Assembly (NCBI GenBank): GCA_035382085.1
Contig: DAOSZO010000005.1
Coordinates: 1 to 61,676 of the forward strand
Reading direction: 5' to 3'
DNA from: Smithella sp.
Lineage (GTDB): Bacteria > Desulfobacterota > Syntrophia > Syntrophales > Smithellaceae
Length of the DNA stretch: 61,676 nt
Below are positions 29,085-38,420 of the stretch, in pieces (position 1 is the stretch's first letter; the number at the start of each line of letters is the position of its first letter). Both the position numbers and the translations under genes were made by a program. A model generated the notes under the pieces. It saw only the letters and a program-made list of their open reading frames with translations. It was not told the origin of the DNA and searched no databases.

Positions 29085-29787
29085 ATGAAACGGTTCGAGA
29101 TAACGCTGGAGCTTGTTGCCTTTTTTTCTTGTTTGGCTTTACCTTATGTCACCTAGTTTTTGGTTGGCAATTTTTATGCCGCGAAGATGGTTTTGTCGAA
29201 AATCTCAGCGTAATTTTTTGGGCCGCGGGAACTGTCTTTGCTTTTTTAATCACGTGTCAAATGCCGTTGGAGAAAAAAGTCATTGCATAGATTTGTTTGG
29301 TTGTGTGTATCGTCGCTGCGGGTGAAGAAATGAGCTGGGGGCAACGGATCTTTAACTTTCAGACTCCTGATTTTATCGCCAGGGCAAATAGACAGTCTGA
29401 ATTTAATCTTCATAATTTATTTGTCTTATCGGGAGGGAGTTCTTGGCGATATTTTTTTAAGACCGGTCAATTTGACTGGCGTCAAATCTTTGACGCCCAG
29501 AATCTTTTCAGAATCGGATTTCTCACTTTCTTTTTTCTCTGTGTCAGACGAAATCGGGCAGAAAAATCTTATCTCGATGGAGATATTATGAACCGAATCC
29601 GTCCTTCAGTTTCTTGGCAGCTATGTTCATTTTATTTTCTTTCTTGATTCTTATCGGACAAAAAGCTTCTTTTTCACGTTCGATTCAGGAAATTCGGGAA
29701 ATGAGTTACGCGCTGATCATGGCCCTTTATCTGGGGAGATTTTATCTTCACGTCAAGACAAAAAGAGCCGCGACGCTGCCTTGCTGA
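29085..29787 (+). pseudogene. Disrupted multi-TM membrane protein gene (EDG..E / EExSWGQR / NxQxExNLHN family)
   Basis: ORFs 29069..29290 and 29297..29647 are in the same frame, separated by TAG 29288-29290. A frameshift at T6 29531-29536 leads into a hydrophobic C-terminal frame (...QEIREMSYAL...) ending TGA 29787. A further probable frameshift lies at a T run near 29121. Confidence 0.7.
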
Positions 29788-29878
29788 CATTTGTTTGAAA
29801 TGGATGATTTGGATAGCTGCGCGACCTTGGACTGCGAATGGGAAGAGAAAGCAGGTAAAAAGTCGTTTTGCAGGAAGA

Positions 29879-30268
29879 TCAATCCTCGACAATACCCAAC
29901 CATTTGAGAGCTTTTTTCTTGTCATTGAAAAATTCGATGGTCGCGCCCCGGTTGTAGGCGACGTTTTTAAAGAAACGTGTGGTTTCATCCGGCGTGTATT
30001 CATAGATGCAGACGGCCATTTTGAGCCCGGGCATCTTGCTGGCGACTGTGTCGCCCGATTGATAGGCGTCGAGGGACGTCATGCGCCTCGTTTGTTTGGG
30101 GCCTTCAGCGAGAACCTTCAGGCATTGAAATTCTTTGCAGGCCTTGGCCAGGGCCGTAAAAAGCCGCTCATTGCTTTCCGGAGAAATTTCATAGTCCGGT
30201 GCGTGAATGACATGGATGTATTGACCATTGAATTGAAGTGAAAAGTCGGAGCTCATCGCTTGTTTCAA
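29879..30268 (-). CDS. STAS/SpoIIAA-like hypothetical protein
   Basis: KVLAE, KMAVC and FFNDKKKALKWL pattern typical of SpoIIAA-like small proteins. Confidence 0.65.
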   Translation of the reverse strand: MKQAMSSDFSLQFNGQYIHVIHAPDYEISPESNERLFTALAKACKEFQCLKVLAEGPKQTRRMTSLDAYQSGDTVASKMPGLKMAVCIYEYTPDETTRFFKNVAYNRGATIEFFNDKKKALKWLGIVED

Positions 30269-30359
30269 CCCGTTTTGTAAAAAAGTTCTTATGTGTTTTT
30301 TTTAGAGATATTTTTGACTGAATATTACACGAATCGGCGGATTTCTTCAACCTTAAACT

Positions 30360-31526
30360 TCACAGCCAGTCGGCCAGCATCAATCCCACGCTTATCCGGT
30401 TGGTGCTTTTGTTGTAATCGAGAAGGCTTTCCCCATAGCCGTTGAAATACTGAACATAGAGGCTGATATTCCTGGCCAGTTTTTGATGAATGGTCGCCAA
30501 TGGCATGCTCCATTCCAGTTGAACCGCGCCCACGTTGTCCGAGCGCAGGTTGTTCCGCAGCATGACCGCGAAACGCTGTTTCTTCCAGTAGAGCGTTCCC
30601 CACAGTTCGCCGTAGCCGGTGTAGTCGGTCAGGTCGGGATTGTCGTCGGTTTCGTCTTTTTCCGGCACTCTGACCCATGTTTTTAAAAGAAGGCCGAACG
30701 TTTCCTGATTTTCCGGACCGAAACTTTTTTCCAGACCGACGCTGGCGACAATTCTGTTCCAGCTTCGGGACAGCGGTTCGGAGCGTCCGTTGGACTGGTG
30801 GTTGAAGCCGACATTGATAAACTGCAGTTTGGTTCCCATCAGATAAGGGATGTCCTGCTGAAAGCGGAAATTGAGCAGAAGCTCCGGTTCGTAATTGGTT
30901 TCCCTAAACGGCGCGGAATAATCGGAATTGTAGAGCTGCCAGAACGATTGTTGCGTATAGGCCACCCACAGGTCGACGCCCCGAATACCCGTGGTTTTCG
31001 TGATCATGTTTTGTATGGCGGCGCTTCGGATAATATCGCGCCAGAGTTTGAATTTGAAACTGATCTGAAACTTGACTTCATTGTGCAGGGCTTTGGCTTT
31101 GGGGTCAAAATCAAGGTCCGCATCTTTATTGGGAGATGAATTATAGGCAATCGGTAGAAAATAACAGGGTCGATAAGGCCACAGGACAAAAGTATTCCTT
31201 TCTTTTTTCGCTTCGCGGTTCATGTCCCAGTGCCTTTCCATCACAGAAAGGGCTTTGGGTTGTCCGGCCGCGTCTTTCGAAGGAGTCTGAATGTCCAAAA
31301 CGCCTGTTTGCTGATCCGGCAGGATGCCGCTCGTTTCCTTCGGGGTAAATTCCCGGCCGGACAGCTCATCATAACATTTCAGCCGGGCCGCGTTATCTGT
31401 CATGGCCGCGCACCGGGCGAGCGCTTCCTCAACGCCTGTTGCCGTCGCCGGTGACGCGGTGATGATGACGATCAGAAAACACGCAAGGCCCGCAGAGAAT
31501 GTTGTAGCGTATTTCAAGCGTTTCAT
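30360..31526 (-). CDS. pldA: Outer-membrane phospholipase A
   Basis: EVKFQISFK, AYTQQSFWQ, PFRETNYEPE, HQSNGRS catalytic motif, SRSWNR and YFNGYGESL. Confidence 0.95.
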   Translation of the reverse strand: MKRLKYATTFSAGLACFLIVIITASPATATGVEEALARCAAMTDNAARLKCYDELSGREFTPKETSGILPDQQTGVLDIQTPSKDAAGQPKALSVMERHWDMNREAKKERNTFVLWPYRPCYFLPIAYNSSPNKDADLDFDPKAKALHNEVKFQISFKFKLWRDIIRSAAIQNMITKTTGIRGVDLWVAYTQQSFWQLYNSDYSAPFRETNYEPELLLNFRFQQDIPYLMGTKLQFINVGFNHQSNGRSEPLSRSWNRIVASVGLEKSFGPENQETFGLLLKTWVRVPEKDETDDNPDLTDYTGYGELWGTLYWKKQRFAVMLRNNLRSDNVGAVQLEWSMPLATIHQKLARNISLYVQYFNGYGESLLDYNKSTNRISVGLMLADWL

Positions 31527-32269
31527 TTTTCAGCCGTTAGGATTTGACGGACTCTTTCGAGTTCCTGCTGGTTGTCCACTTCGACCGAATCGTATCGGGA
31601 AATCACGACTTTAATTTTATAGCCGAATTCCAGCGCGCGCAGCTGCTCGAGGGCTTCGAGTTTCTCCAGCTTCCCTTCGGGAAGATGGGTGAAGACATCG
31701 AGAAAATCGCGGCGGTAAGCGTAAATGCCGTGATGTTTGTAGTAGTCGGCCTTCAGGCGTTTGTCCCGCACGTAAGGGATGGTCGCCCGCGAAAAGTAAA
31801 GGGCGAAATTCTGATGGTCGAGAACAACCTTGACCGCGTGCGGGTGGGTTATCTCCTCATCCCGGACAATCTTGTAAATCAGCGTGGACATGTTGACCGA
31901 CGCATCCTCCAGCAGGGGTTGGATCACTTCATCCACCTGCGCCGGCTCGAATATCGGCTGGTCGCCCTGAATGTTGACGACAATCGCGTCGGGAGAGAGA
32001 TGAAGCGATTTGACCGCCTCGGCGATCCGGTCCGTGCCCGAACGGTGCGCAGCGGATGTCATGATGGCGTTGCCGCCGAAACGTTTCACTGCGTCGAATA
32101 TCCTCTGATCATCGGTGGCCACGGCCACGCAGGGAACTGCCCCGGCGCGCGCCACGCGTTCGTAAACATGCTGAATCATCGGCTTGCCGCAGAGGTCGGC
32201 CAGCGGCTTGCCGGGGAAGCGGCTGGATTCATAACGCGAGGGAATGATGCATACAATTTCTCTTTTCAT
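31523..32269 (-). CDS. kdsB: 3-deoxy-manno-octulosonate cytidylyltransferase
   Basis: IPSRYESSRFPGKPL, SGTDR, VNIQGDQP, HHGIYAY and EALEQLR motifs. Start set at MKREIV (32269). Confidence 0.96.
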   Translation of the reverse strand: MKREIVCIIPSRYESSRFPGKPLADLCGKPMIQHVYERVARAGAVPCVAVATDDQRIFDAVKRFGGNAIMTSAAHRSGTDRIAEAVKSLHLSPDAIVVNIQGDQPIFEPAQVDEVIQPLLEDASVNMSTLIYKIVRDEEITHPHAVKVVLDHQNFALYFSRATIPYVRDKRLKADYYKHHGIYAYRRDFLDVFTHLPEGKLEKLEALEQLRALEFGYKIKVVISRYDSVEVDNQQELERVRQILTAEK

Positions 32270-32454
32270 TGATGACTCCGAAAAACATTTATGCTTTGAA
32301 AGATCGTCTTTTTGCCAAAGGGGTGGCTGAATTTTTATGTCTATCAATCGCTGTCGTTCAAACCTTTAGGTTCAATGGCTGAACCGATCTCAAGATTCCA
32401 CGCGGCTTTGGGCCTGTATAGAATTTCCCACCTGGGCCGAAGCGACGAAAAATA

Positions 32455-33429
32455 TTACCCCAAATGCGGATCGGATGCCTGCAGGTAATTCACGACATAG
32501 TCCCGGGCGGCGTCTTCCAGCGTGGAGAATTTGACCGGACATCCCGCTTTTTTCAGCTTAGTCATTTCGGCTTCCGTAAAATACTGGTATTGGCCGCGAA
32601 GCGCCTCCGGCATGGCGATATATTCGATATTCGTTTTTTTCTTCATCGCCGCGAAAACCGCTTTGATCAGATCATTCCAGGTTCTGGCCTTGCCGGTTCC
32701 CAGATTGAAAATGCCGTTGATCCTTGGATTTTTAAAAAGCCACCACATGACGTCGACGCAGTCCTTGACGTATACAAAGTCGCGCATCTGACCGCCGTCT
32801 TTGTATTGGGGTTTGTAGGATTTGAAGAGCCTGACCTTTCCGGTTTCCTGAATCTGGTGGAAGGCCTTGAACACCACGCTGGACATGTCTCCTTTGTGAT
32901 ATTCGTTGGGACCGAAGACATTGAAAAATTTGATGCCCGCCATCTTGTTTTCCAGCTTCTGGCGCAGGACCCAGAGGTCAAAAATCTGTTTGGAGTAGCC
33001 GTACATGTTGATGGGTTTCAGCCGGGGAATCATTTTGTGGTTGTCCGAAAACCCCAGCGTCCCGTCCCCGTACGTTGCGGCCGAACTGGCGTAGATGAAG
33101 CGGATGTCATGTTCCAGTGCCCATTCCGCAAGCTGTTTGGTGTATATGAAGTTGTTGTGCCACAGATAATCGGCGTCGCGTTCCGTCGTGGAAGAGCAGG
33201 CGCCCATGTGAATGATGGCGTCGATGTTGAACGGCGTCGTGTCGTTGTAAATCATTTCCAGGAAGTCGTCCTTGTGGATGTAATTGACAAAACGCAGATT
33301 GACGAGATTTTTCCACTTGGTGGACGTTCCCAGGCGATCAACGATAATGATGTTGTCAATGCCTTCCTGATTCAGCTTCCAGATAAACGCGCTGCCGATA
33401 AATCCGGCCCCGCCCGTAACGATGATCAT
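32455..33429 (-). CDS. hldD: ADP-L-glycero-D-manno-heptose 6-epimerase
   Basis: TGGAGFIGS, HMGACSSTT, YASSAATYG, YGYSK, FFNVFGPNEYHKG and YQYFTEA motifs. Confidence 0.96.
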   Translation of the reverse strand: MIIVTGGAGFIGSAFIWKLNQEGIDNIIIVDRLGTSTKWKNLVNLRFVNYIHKDDFLEMIYNDTTPFNIDAIIHMGACSSTTERDADYLWHNNFIYTKQLAEWALEHDIRFIYASSAATYGDGTLGFSDNHKMIPRLKPINMYGYSKQIFDLWVLRQKLENKMAGIKFFNVFGPNEYHKGDMSSVVFKAFHQIQETGKVRLFKSYKPQYKDGGQMRDFVYVKDCVDVMWWLFKNPRINGIFNLGTGKARTWNDLIKAVFAAMKKKTNIEYIAMPEALRGQYQYFTEAEMTKLKKAGCPVKFSTLEDAARDYVVNYLQASDPHLG

Positions 33430-33491
33430 GGCTTTCTCCTTTTTCTGTTCTTTTTAAGTAATACCGAAAAAAGATGCTGTCAACAGGGAAT

Positions 33492-34346
33492 TTACTGAAT
33501 TCGCGTATACTCATTGCCGATGGTCAACACGCGGCAGGGCGCTTCCCCCCGGATCATGATGAAGTTAAGCTGCCGTCCCGTGACGCCGCCCGATCCCCGG
33601 TGTGAAAAAAACAAATCTTGGCGACAGCAGGTGCACAGGCGCGAGAGGTCAATGTTCTCGTCCGGAATGCCGCAGTTCACCATTTGTCTTCGGTTGGCTT
33701 CGGGAAGATCCACAATCCATTTCGGCGGGTGGTTCCCGGGGAATAAAAATTCTTCATGGTCCTGCTGGGAACGGAAGCGTTCCGCGGCTTCTTCATCAAT
33801 CTCGAAACAGCAGAGGCCGATGGCGGGACCGATCGCCGCTAAAATATCTCGCTCAGAGGAACGGTATTTCTCCAGCAGGAGGCGAATCACCTTGGCGGTG
33901 ATTTCCAGCGCCGTGCCCTTCCATCCGGCGTGAACCGCGGCGATGATTTTTTTCGCCCGATCCGCGATGAGGATCGGCACGCAGTCGGCGGTCTTGACGC
34001 AGATGGCCAGATTCTCGCGTGTGGTCACGATCGCGTCGTAATTGAGGACGCCCTCCGCGGGATAATAATCGCCGAAAGATTTGATGATGAAAATATCATC
34101 GCCGTGCACCTGATTGAGCGTCAAAAACTGGTCTATCGGAATGGCGAAAGCCATGGCCAGACGGTGCCAGTTCTGCAGAACGCTGCCTTCGAGGTCGCCT
34201 TCCCGGAAGCTGATATTGAGCGAGGCATAGTCGCCTTCCGAAACGCCGCCGCGCCTCGTGCAGAACGCGTGCGTCAGAAAATTGCATCCGCTCAGGTAGG
34301 AAGATTCAAAATATTCAATGGAATGCCTTTTGTTCAAGCTAAACAT
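33492..34346 (-). CDS. pgeF: Peptidoglycan editing factor / purine nucleoside phosphorylase YfiH
   Basis: QVHG, TADCVP, HAGWKG, GPAIGLCCFE, CTCC and FFSHR motifs. Start set at MFSLNK (34346). Confidence 0.93.
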   Translation of the reverse strand: MFSLNKRHSIEYFESSYLSGCNFLTHAFCTRRGGVSEGDYASLNISFREGDLEGSVLQNWHRLAMAFAIPIDQFLTLNQVHGDDIFIIKSFGDYYPAEGVLNYDAIVTTRENLAICVKTADCVPILIADRAKKIIAAVHAGWKGTALEITAKVIRLLLEKYRSSERDILAAIGPAIGLCCFEIDEEAAERFRSQQDHEEFLFPGNHPPKWIVDLPEANRRQMVNCGIPDENIDLSRLCTCCRQDLFFSHRGSGGVTGRQLNFIMIRGEAPCRVLTIGNEYTRIQ

Positions 34347-35364
34347 TTTTCCCTTTGATTTTCTCCTTCCAGTTTTGATTATTTTCCGGGGCGCCCGGAT
34401 GGCTCTTTGCGCGCAATGCATTGCACAAATCGGCCATATCTGGCGGCAGATCTGCGGTAAAAACCATCCGTTCATTCCGCATGGGATGAATAAAGGAGAG
34501 CTGTGCCGCGTGCAGCGCCTGCCGTCTGAACGCCCTGAGTTTCGCTTTCAGCTCGGCGTCGGCAACCGTTTTGATTCGGGAGGCGTTGCCGTAAACGGCG
34601 TCGCCCACCACCGGATAGCCGATGGAGGATAAATGCACGCGGATCTGGTGTGTCCGGCCGGTTTTGATTTCCACCTCCAGCAGCGTGACCGCGCCGTAAC
34701 GCTCGCGCACTTTCCAGAGGGTGAGCGCGCCGCGGCCGTGTCTGCTTTTGGTGGACATCTTTTTGCGGTGGACCGGGTGCCTGCCCACGGCCGCCACGAT
34801 TTCTCCGTGGCTGCCTTTGACATCTCCCCAGACCAGCGCCAGATATTTCTTGTGAACATCGTGTATTTCAAACTGCGACGAAAGACTCCGGTGCGCGTCG
34901 TCGGATTTTGCCGCCACAATCAGGCCGGATGTGTCTTTATCCAACCGGTGCACGATGCCCGGCCGCAAAACGCCGCCGATGCCCGATAAATCGCGGCAAT
35001 GAAAGAGCAGGGCGTTCACGAGCGTTTTGTCCGGATTGCCCGGAGCCGGATGGACGACCATGCCTGCCGGTTTGTTGACGACGATGAGGGCCTCATCCTC
35101 GTAAACGATATCCAGCGGCATTGCCTGCGGCACGGCTCTGGCTTCCGCCGGTGGCTTTTTGATGAACACCACGACATCGCCTTCTTTGAGTTTCTGACTG
35201 ACCTTAGGGGGGGTGCCGTTGACCAGCACATCGCCTTCTTCGATGGCGTATTTTACCTGCGAACGCGAAAGGGCTTCATCGCTTTGAGCAAGATACACAT
35301 CCAGCCTCTGCCCGCAGTGGCTTTTGTCAATCGTAAAGATTATTTTTTCAGATTGACCGCTCAA
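34339..35364 (-). CDS. rluD: 23S rRNA pseudouridine synthase RluD family
   Basis: S4 domain, NKPAGMVVHP, VHRLDKDTSG, TGRTHQIRVH and RQALHA motifs; adjacent to pgeF. Confidence 0.95.
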   Translation of the reverse strand: MSGQSEKIIFTIDKSHCGQRLDVYLAQSDEALSRSQVKYAIEEGDVLVNGTPPKVSQKLKEGDVVVFIKKPPAEARAVPQAMPLDIVYEDEALIVVNKPAGMVVHPAPGNPDKTLVNALLFHCRDLSGIGGVLRPGIVHRLDKDTSGLIVAAKSDDAHRSLSSQFEIHDVHKKYLALVWGDVKGSHGEIVAAVGRHPVHRKKMSTKSRHGRGALTLWKVRERYGAVTLLEVEIKTGRTHQIRVHLSSIGYPVVGDAVYGNASRIKTVADAELKAKLRAFRRQALHAAQLSFIHPMRNERMVFTADLPPDMADLCNALRAKSHPGAPENNQNWKEKIKGKNV

Positions 35365-35460
35365 CTCATTCCCCCGGCAATTCTTTCAAAACTGTCATTG
35401 AGCAACTGGCTTGGTTAATCCGGTTTTTCCCGGATGCCGTTTTTCAACGGCATGACGGCA

Positions 35461-36873
35461 TCAGGTGGTTGTTTGTTTCAATCCTTCAATGATAAAGACA
35501 AATTCATCCTCCGCCACGGTGCGCAAATCGAAGAGAATCTCATCCTTGTCCACGCGGACAATGATGGGCATATCCAGCGCGCGCAGTTTTTCTTCCATTT
35601 TGGTCGCCGGCATCTTTTTGTTTTTGACGGTGACCAAAACCGTGGGAATCTGCTGGGTGGGCAGGGACCCGCCGCCGGCCGCCGAAAAATCTTCACGCAG
35701 AGAAAATTTCAGCGAATCGAAATTTTCGTTTTGCAATCTCGCGATGAGTTTTTCGGCGCGTTTTTTGACCGCGGCAACGGGTTCGGTCAGCGCTTTCAAG
35801 GCGCGCAATTTTTTCGGCGCGGCGTCGGGATTGAGATAGTGCATCAGAGTAGCTTCCAGCGCGGCCAGGGTGAATTTGTCGATGCGCAGGGCGCGGTTGA
35901 GAGGATTCTTTTTGATTTTTGCAATCACTTCTTTTTTGCCGACGATGATGCCCGCCTGCGGGCCGCCCAGCAGTTTGTCGCCGCTGAAAGTGACGACGTC
36001 CACGCCGGTGGCCACAATCTCGCGGACGGTGGGTTCATGCTGCAAGCCGTATTTGTCCAGATCCGTCAGACAGCCGCTTCCCAGATCGTGCATCACCGGA
36101 ATGCCTCTGTTTTTCCCCAGCGTGACCAGCGAGATGATGTCAGCTTCTTCGGTGAAGCCGACGATGCGGTAATTGCTGGTGTGCACTTTCATGATCAGGC
36201 CGGTGTTTTCATGGATGGCCTTTTCGTAGTCGCTCAATCGCGTTCGGTTGGTTGTGCCCACTTCGCGGAGCCTGGAGGCGCTTTTCTGCATGATTTCGGG
36301 AATACGAAATTCGCCGCCGATTTCGATGAGCTCGCCGCGCGACACGATGGCCTCTTTCCCTTCGGCCAGCGTGTTGAGGACCAGCAGAACCGCCGCCGCG
36401 TTGTTGTTGACGATCAGGGCGTCTTCGGCGCCGGTGAGCGCACACAAAAGAGAACGGACATGATCGTAACGCTGGCCGCGCTCTCCCCGGATTAAATCAA
36501 ACTCCAGATTGGAGTAGCCTTTGCCCACCTCCACAATTCTTTGCAGGGCTTCGGGACAAAGCGGCGCGCGTCCCAGGTTGGTGTGCAGAATCACGCCGGT
36601 GGCGTTTGCGACGCGGCGCAGACTGTGGCGGTATAACCCCTTAATGGATTTTTCCACCTCTTTGGCGACCGCCGCCGTGTCCGTCGAGAGGTTGTCCAGT
36701 TCTTTTTTGGAGGCGTTGATGACCCTGTCCCTCAAGTGCTGGACGACGCGCCTGCAGGTTTCCTTGACGATGTCGCGCGGCGCCAGATCATAGATATTTT
36801 GTTTTTCCAGAATCAAGATGATTTCGTCAATCTTCGGCAGTTTTTTCAGCATCTCTTTTTTTTGTTCGTCCAT
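35461..36873 (-). CDS. selA: L-seryl-tRNA(Sec) selenium transferase
   Basis: NATGVILHTNLGRA, SRGELIEIGG, KVHTSNY and FSGDKLLGGPQAG (PLP Lys). The ORF-track extension to 36939 runs through a REP-like element, so the start is set at MDEQ. Confidence 0.96.
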   Translation of the reverse strand: MDEQKKEMLKKLPKIDEIILILEKQNIYDLAPRDIVKETCRRVVQHLRDRVINASKKELDNLSTDTAAVAKEVEKSIKGLYRHSLRRVANATGVILHTNLGRAPLCPEALQRIVEVGKGYSNLEFDLIRGERGQRYDHVRSLLCALTGAEDALIVNNNAAAVLLVLNTLAEGKEAIVSRGELIEIGGEFRIPEIMQKSASRLREVGTTNRTRLSDYEKAIHENTGLIMKVHTSNYRIVGFTEEADIISLVTLGKNRGIPVMHDLGSGCLTDLDKYGLQHEPTVREIVATGVDVVTFSGDKLLGGPQAGIIVGKKEVIAKIKKNPLNRALRIDKFTLAALEATLMHYLNPDAAPKKLRALKALTEPVAAVKKRAEKLIARLQNENFDSLKFSLREDFSAAGGGSLPTQQIPTVLVTVKNKKMPATKMEEKLRALDMPIIVRVDKDEILFDLRTVAEDEFVFIIEGLKQTTT

Positions 36874-36892
36874 AGATTCCTCGTTGCGATTT

Positions 36893-36977
36893 TCCCTCCC
36901 TTGAGGGGAGGGATTGCAAGGAGGGTGAATCATTTGCACGCTTCACCCCCTTGGGGCCCCTCTCCCGTCGAGGGAGA
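36893..36977. repeat. Composite REP-like palindromic element, same architecture as 27262..27350
   Basis: TCCCTCCC/GGGAGGGA hairpin, CAAGGAGGGTGAA/TTCACCCCCTTG hairpin and TCTCCC-gtcga-GGGAGA hairpin. Confidence 0.7.
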
Positions 36978-37038
36978 ATTTTTACAATTCATTTATCCCA
37001 AGGCACATCGTATTTGCCAGAGGGCAAACATAATGAAA

Positions 37039-38307
37039 CTATTCCATCTTCGCCTGCCGGCGGCAATAGTCCCGGAAATTGTTCACGGCGATGAAAAATT
37101 CCCGCATCATGATCACCCACAGATAGCGTCCGTAAGGCGTCAGGTGCAGATAAGGCGGAAAATAGCGGAACGCCCGAACGATCTCAAAGGCGGCGATTTC
37201 TTTCCACAGGGTTTTCAGAAATTTCCCGTCGTATTTTTTCTGCATGGCGGTGAGATCAAGTTTGGTGCTGAACAGTTTCATCAAAAAATCGTAGCGCATC
37301 CGGTCGTGAAGATCAAATCTGCGGGCGGCCTGCAGCGGCAGTTTGCCCTTTTCCAGCGCATCCATGTATGCTTCGATATTAAACGTGTTGGAGTAGCAGG
37401 TGCCGTAAAGATACCCGATGGCGCCGCTCCCGAGGCCTGCGTATTCTTCGTAGTCCACGACATATTCGTCGATCAGAGATTCCTTGCGCGAAAAGCACCA
37501 CGCCGAGGAAAAGTCGTACTTGCTCTCCAGGCGCCTCACGATCAGTTTATAGAACTTTTCTTCGCCGCTGAAATCCATTGCCCCCATGGTTTGCTCCATG
37601 ATGTCCTGCGTGAGTGAGGAAATCATCAGGGGATAGAAGGTGATTTGCTCCATATTCAGGCCCAGCAGAACCCGGAGATCTTCTTCGAGCATCTGAGGCG
37701 TCTGTCCGGGGAAATTGAAAATCATGTCCGCGTTGAACGTGTGGAGACTGCCCTGAACATCTTTGAGCCGCGCGGCGATGACTTCGCCGGAGCCGTATTT
37801 CTCATAACGGCCGATTTTTTTCAGCAGTTCATCGTTGAAGGTCTGAACGCCCACGGAAAGCCGCTTGACGCCGCAATCCCGCAGGATGGAGATATTTTCG
37901 GAAGTCAGATGGTTGGGATTGGTTTCCACGGAAATATCCATGACCGGGAAGATCCGGCATGACAGGGCGAGCGTTTCGGCAAGTTCGTCCATCAGCACGG
38001 TCGGTGTGCCGCCGCCGACGTAAATGCCTTCGAATTGATAACCCCTGTCGCGGTAGATTTCGATTTCCCGCCGCAGAGCTCGGAAATACTTGCGGGCCGT
38101 CGGCGCGTCAAAACGGATGCGGTGAAAGGAGCAGTAAGGACAGAGCTCCTCGCAAAAAGGAACGTGAAGGTAGAGCAGGCGCTTTTCGTTGTCTCGGCAG
38201 GACGGAAGTTCCGGCGCCGGTCCCGGCGAAAAACACAGCGCCCGCTCAAATTCCTTCCGGGCCGTTCTGGTGACAATTTGATTAATCATATTGATGCGTT
38301 TTTTCAT
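37039..38307 (-). CDS. menK: HemN-like class C radical SAM protein, probable menaquinone C8-methyltransferase (MenK/MqnK)
   Basis: YLHVPFCEELCPYC, YVGGGTP, RLSVGVQTF, QITFYPLM (37624-37647) and C-terminal GRYLWVIMMREFF...NNFR. HemN family assignment is secure; the MenK assignment rests on recalled motifs. Confidence 0.72.
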   Translation of the reverse strand: MKKRINMINQIVTRTARKEFERALCFSPGPAPELPSCRDNEKRLLYLHVPFCEELCPYCSFHRIRFDAPTARKYFRALRREIEIYRDRGYQFEGIYVGGGTPTVLMDELAETLALSCRIFPVMDISVETNPNHLTSENISILRDCGVKRLSVGVQTFNDELLKKIGRYEKYGSGEVIAARLKDVQGSLHTFNADMIFNFPGQTPQMLEEDLRVLLGLNMEQITFYPLMISSLTQDIMEQTMGAMDFSGEEKFYKLIVRRLESKYDFSSAWCFSRKESLIDEYVVDYEEYAGLGSGAIGYLYGTCYSNTFNIEAYMDALEKGKLPLQAARRFDLHDRMRYDFLMKLFSTKLDLTAMQKKYDGKFLKTLWKEIAAFEIVRAFRYFPPYLHLTPYGRYLWVIMMREFFIAVNNFRDYCRRQAKME

Positions 38308-38420
38308 TCATGTTCTTTGTTTTGTTTAGCAAAATATGCACGTTTATTGCAAGCGACAATTCCTTGAAATACGGATGAAGAGGTGGTAAATGAAATCAAA
38401 TTATTGGGCGGTGAAGGTTT

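Noticed and set aside
29288-29290. In-frame TAG as possible pyrrolysine/amber read-through
   Set aside because: The same gene also has frameshifts, no pyl genes are in the window, and a Trp TGG-to-TAG mutation is the simpler explanation.
32350-32450. 6S RNA-like TTGAACC...GGTT motif on the minus strand
   Set aside because: The foldable region is only about 100 nt, there is no long rod with a central bubble, and it lacks the usual zapA/ygfA context. Kept only as an unexplained structured spacer.
35461-36873. Selenoprotein (UGA/SECIS) genes near selA
   Set aside because: I saw no ORF in the window truncated at a UGA that aligns to a catalytic Cys with homology continuing after it.
36874-36939. 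N-terminal extension of SelA shown in the ORF track
   Set aside because: It is a translation of the REP-like palindrome; the conserved protein starts at MDEQ (36873).
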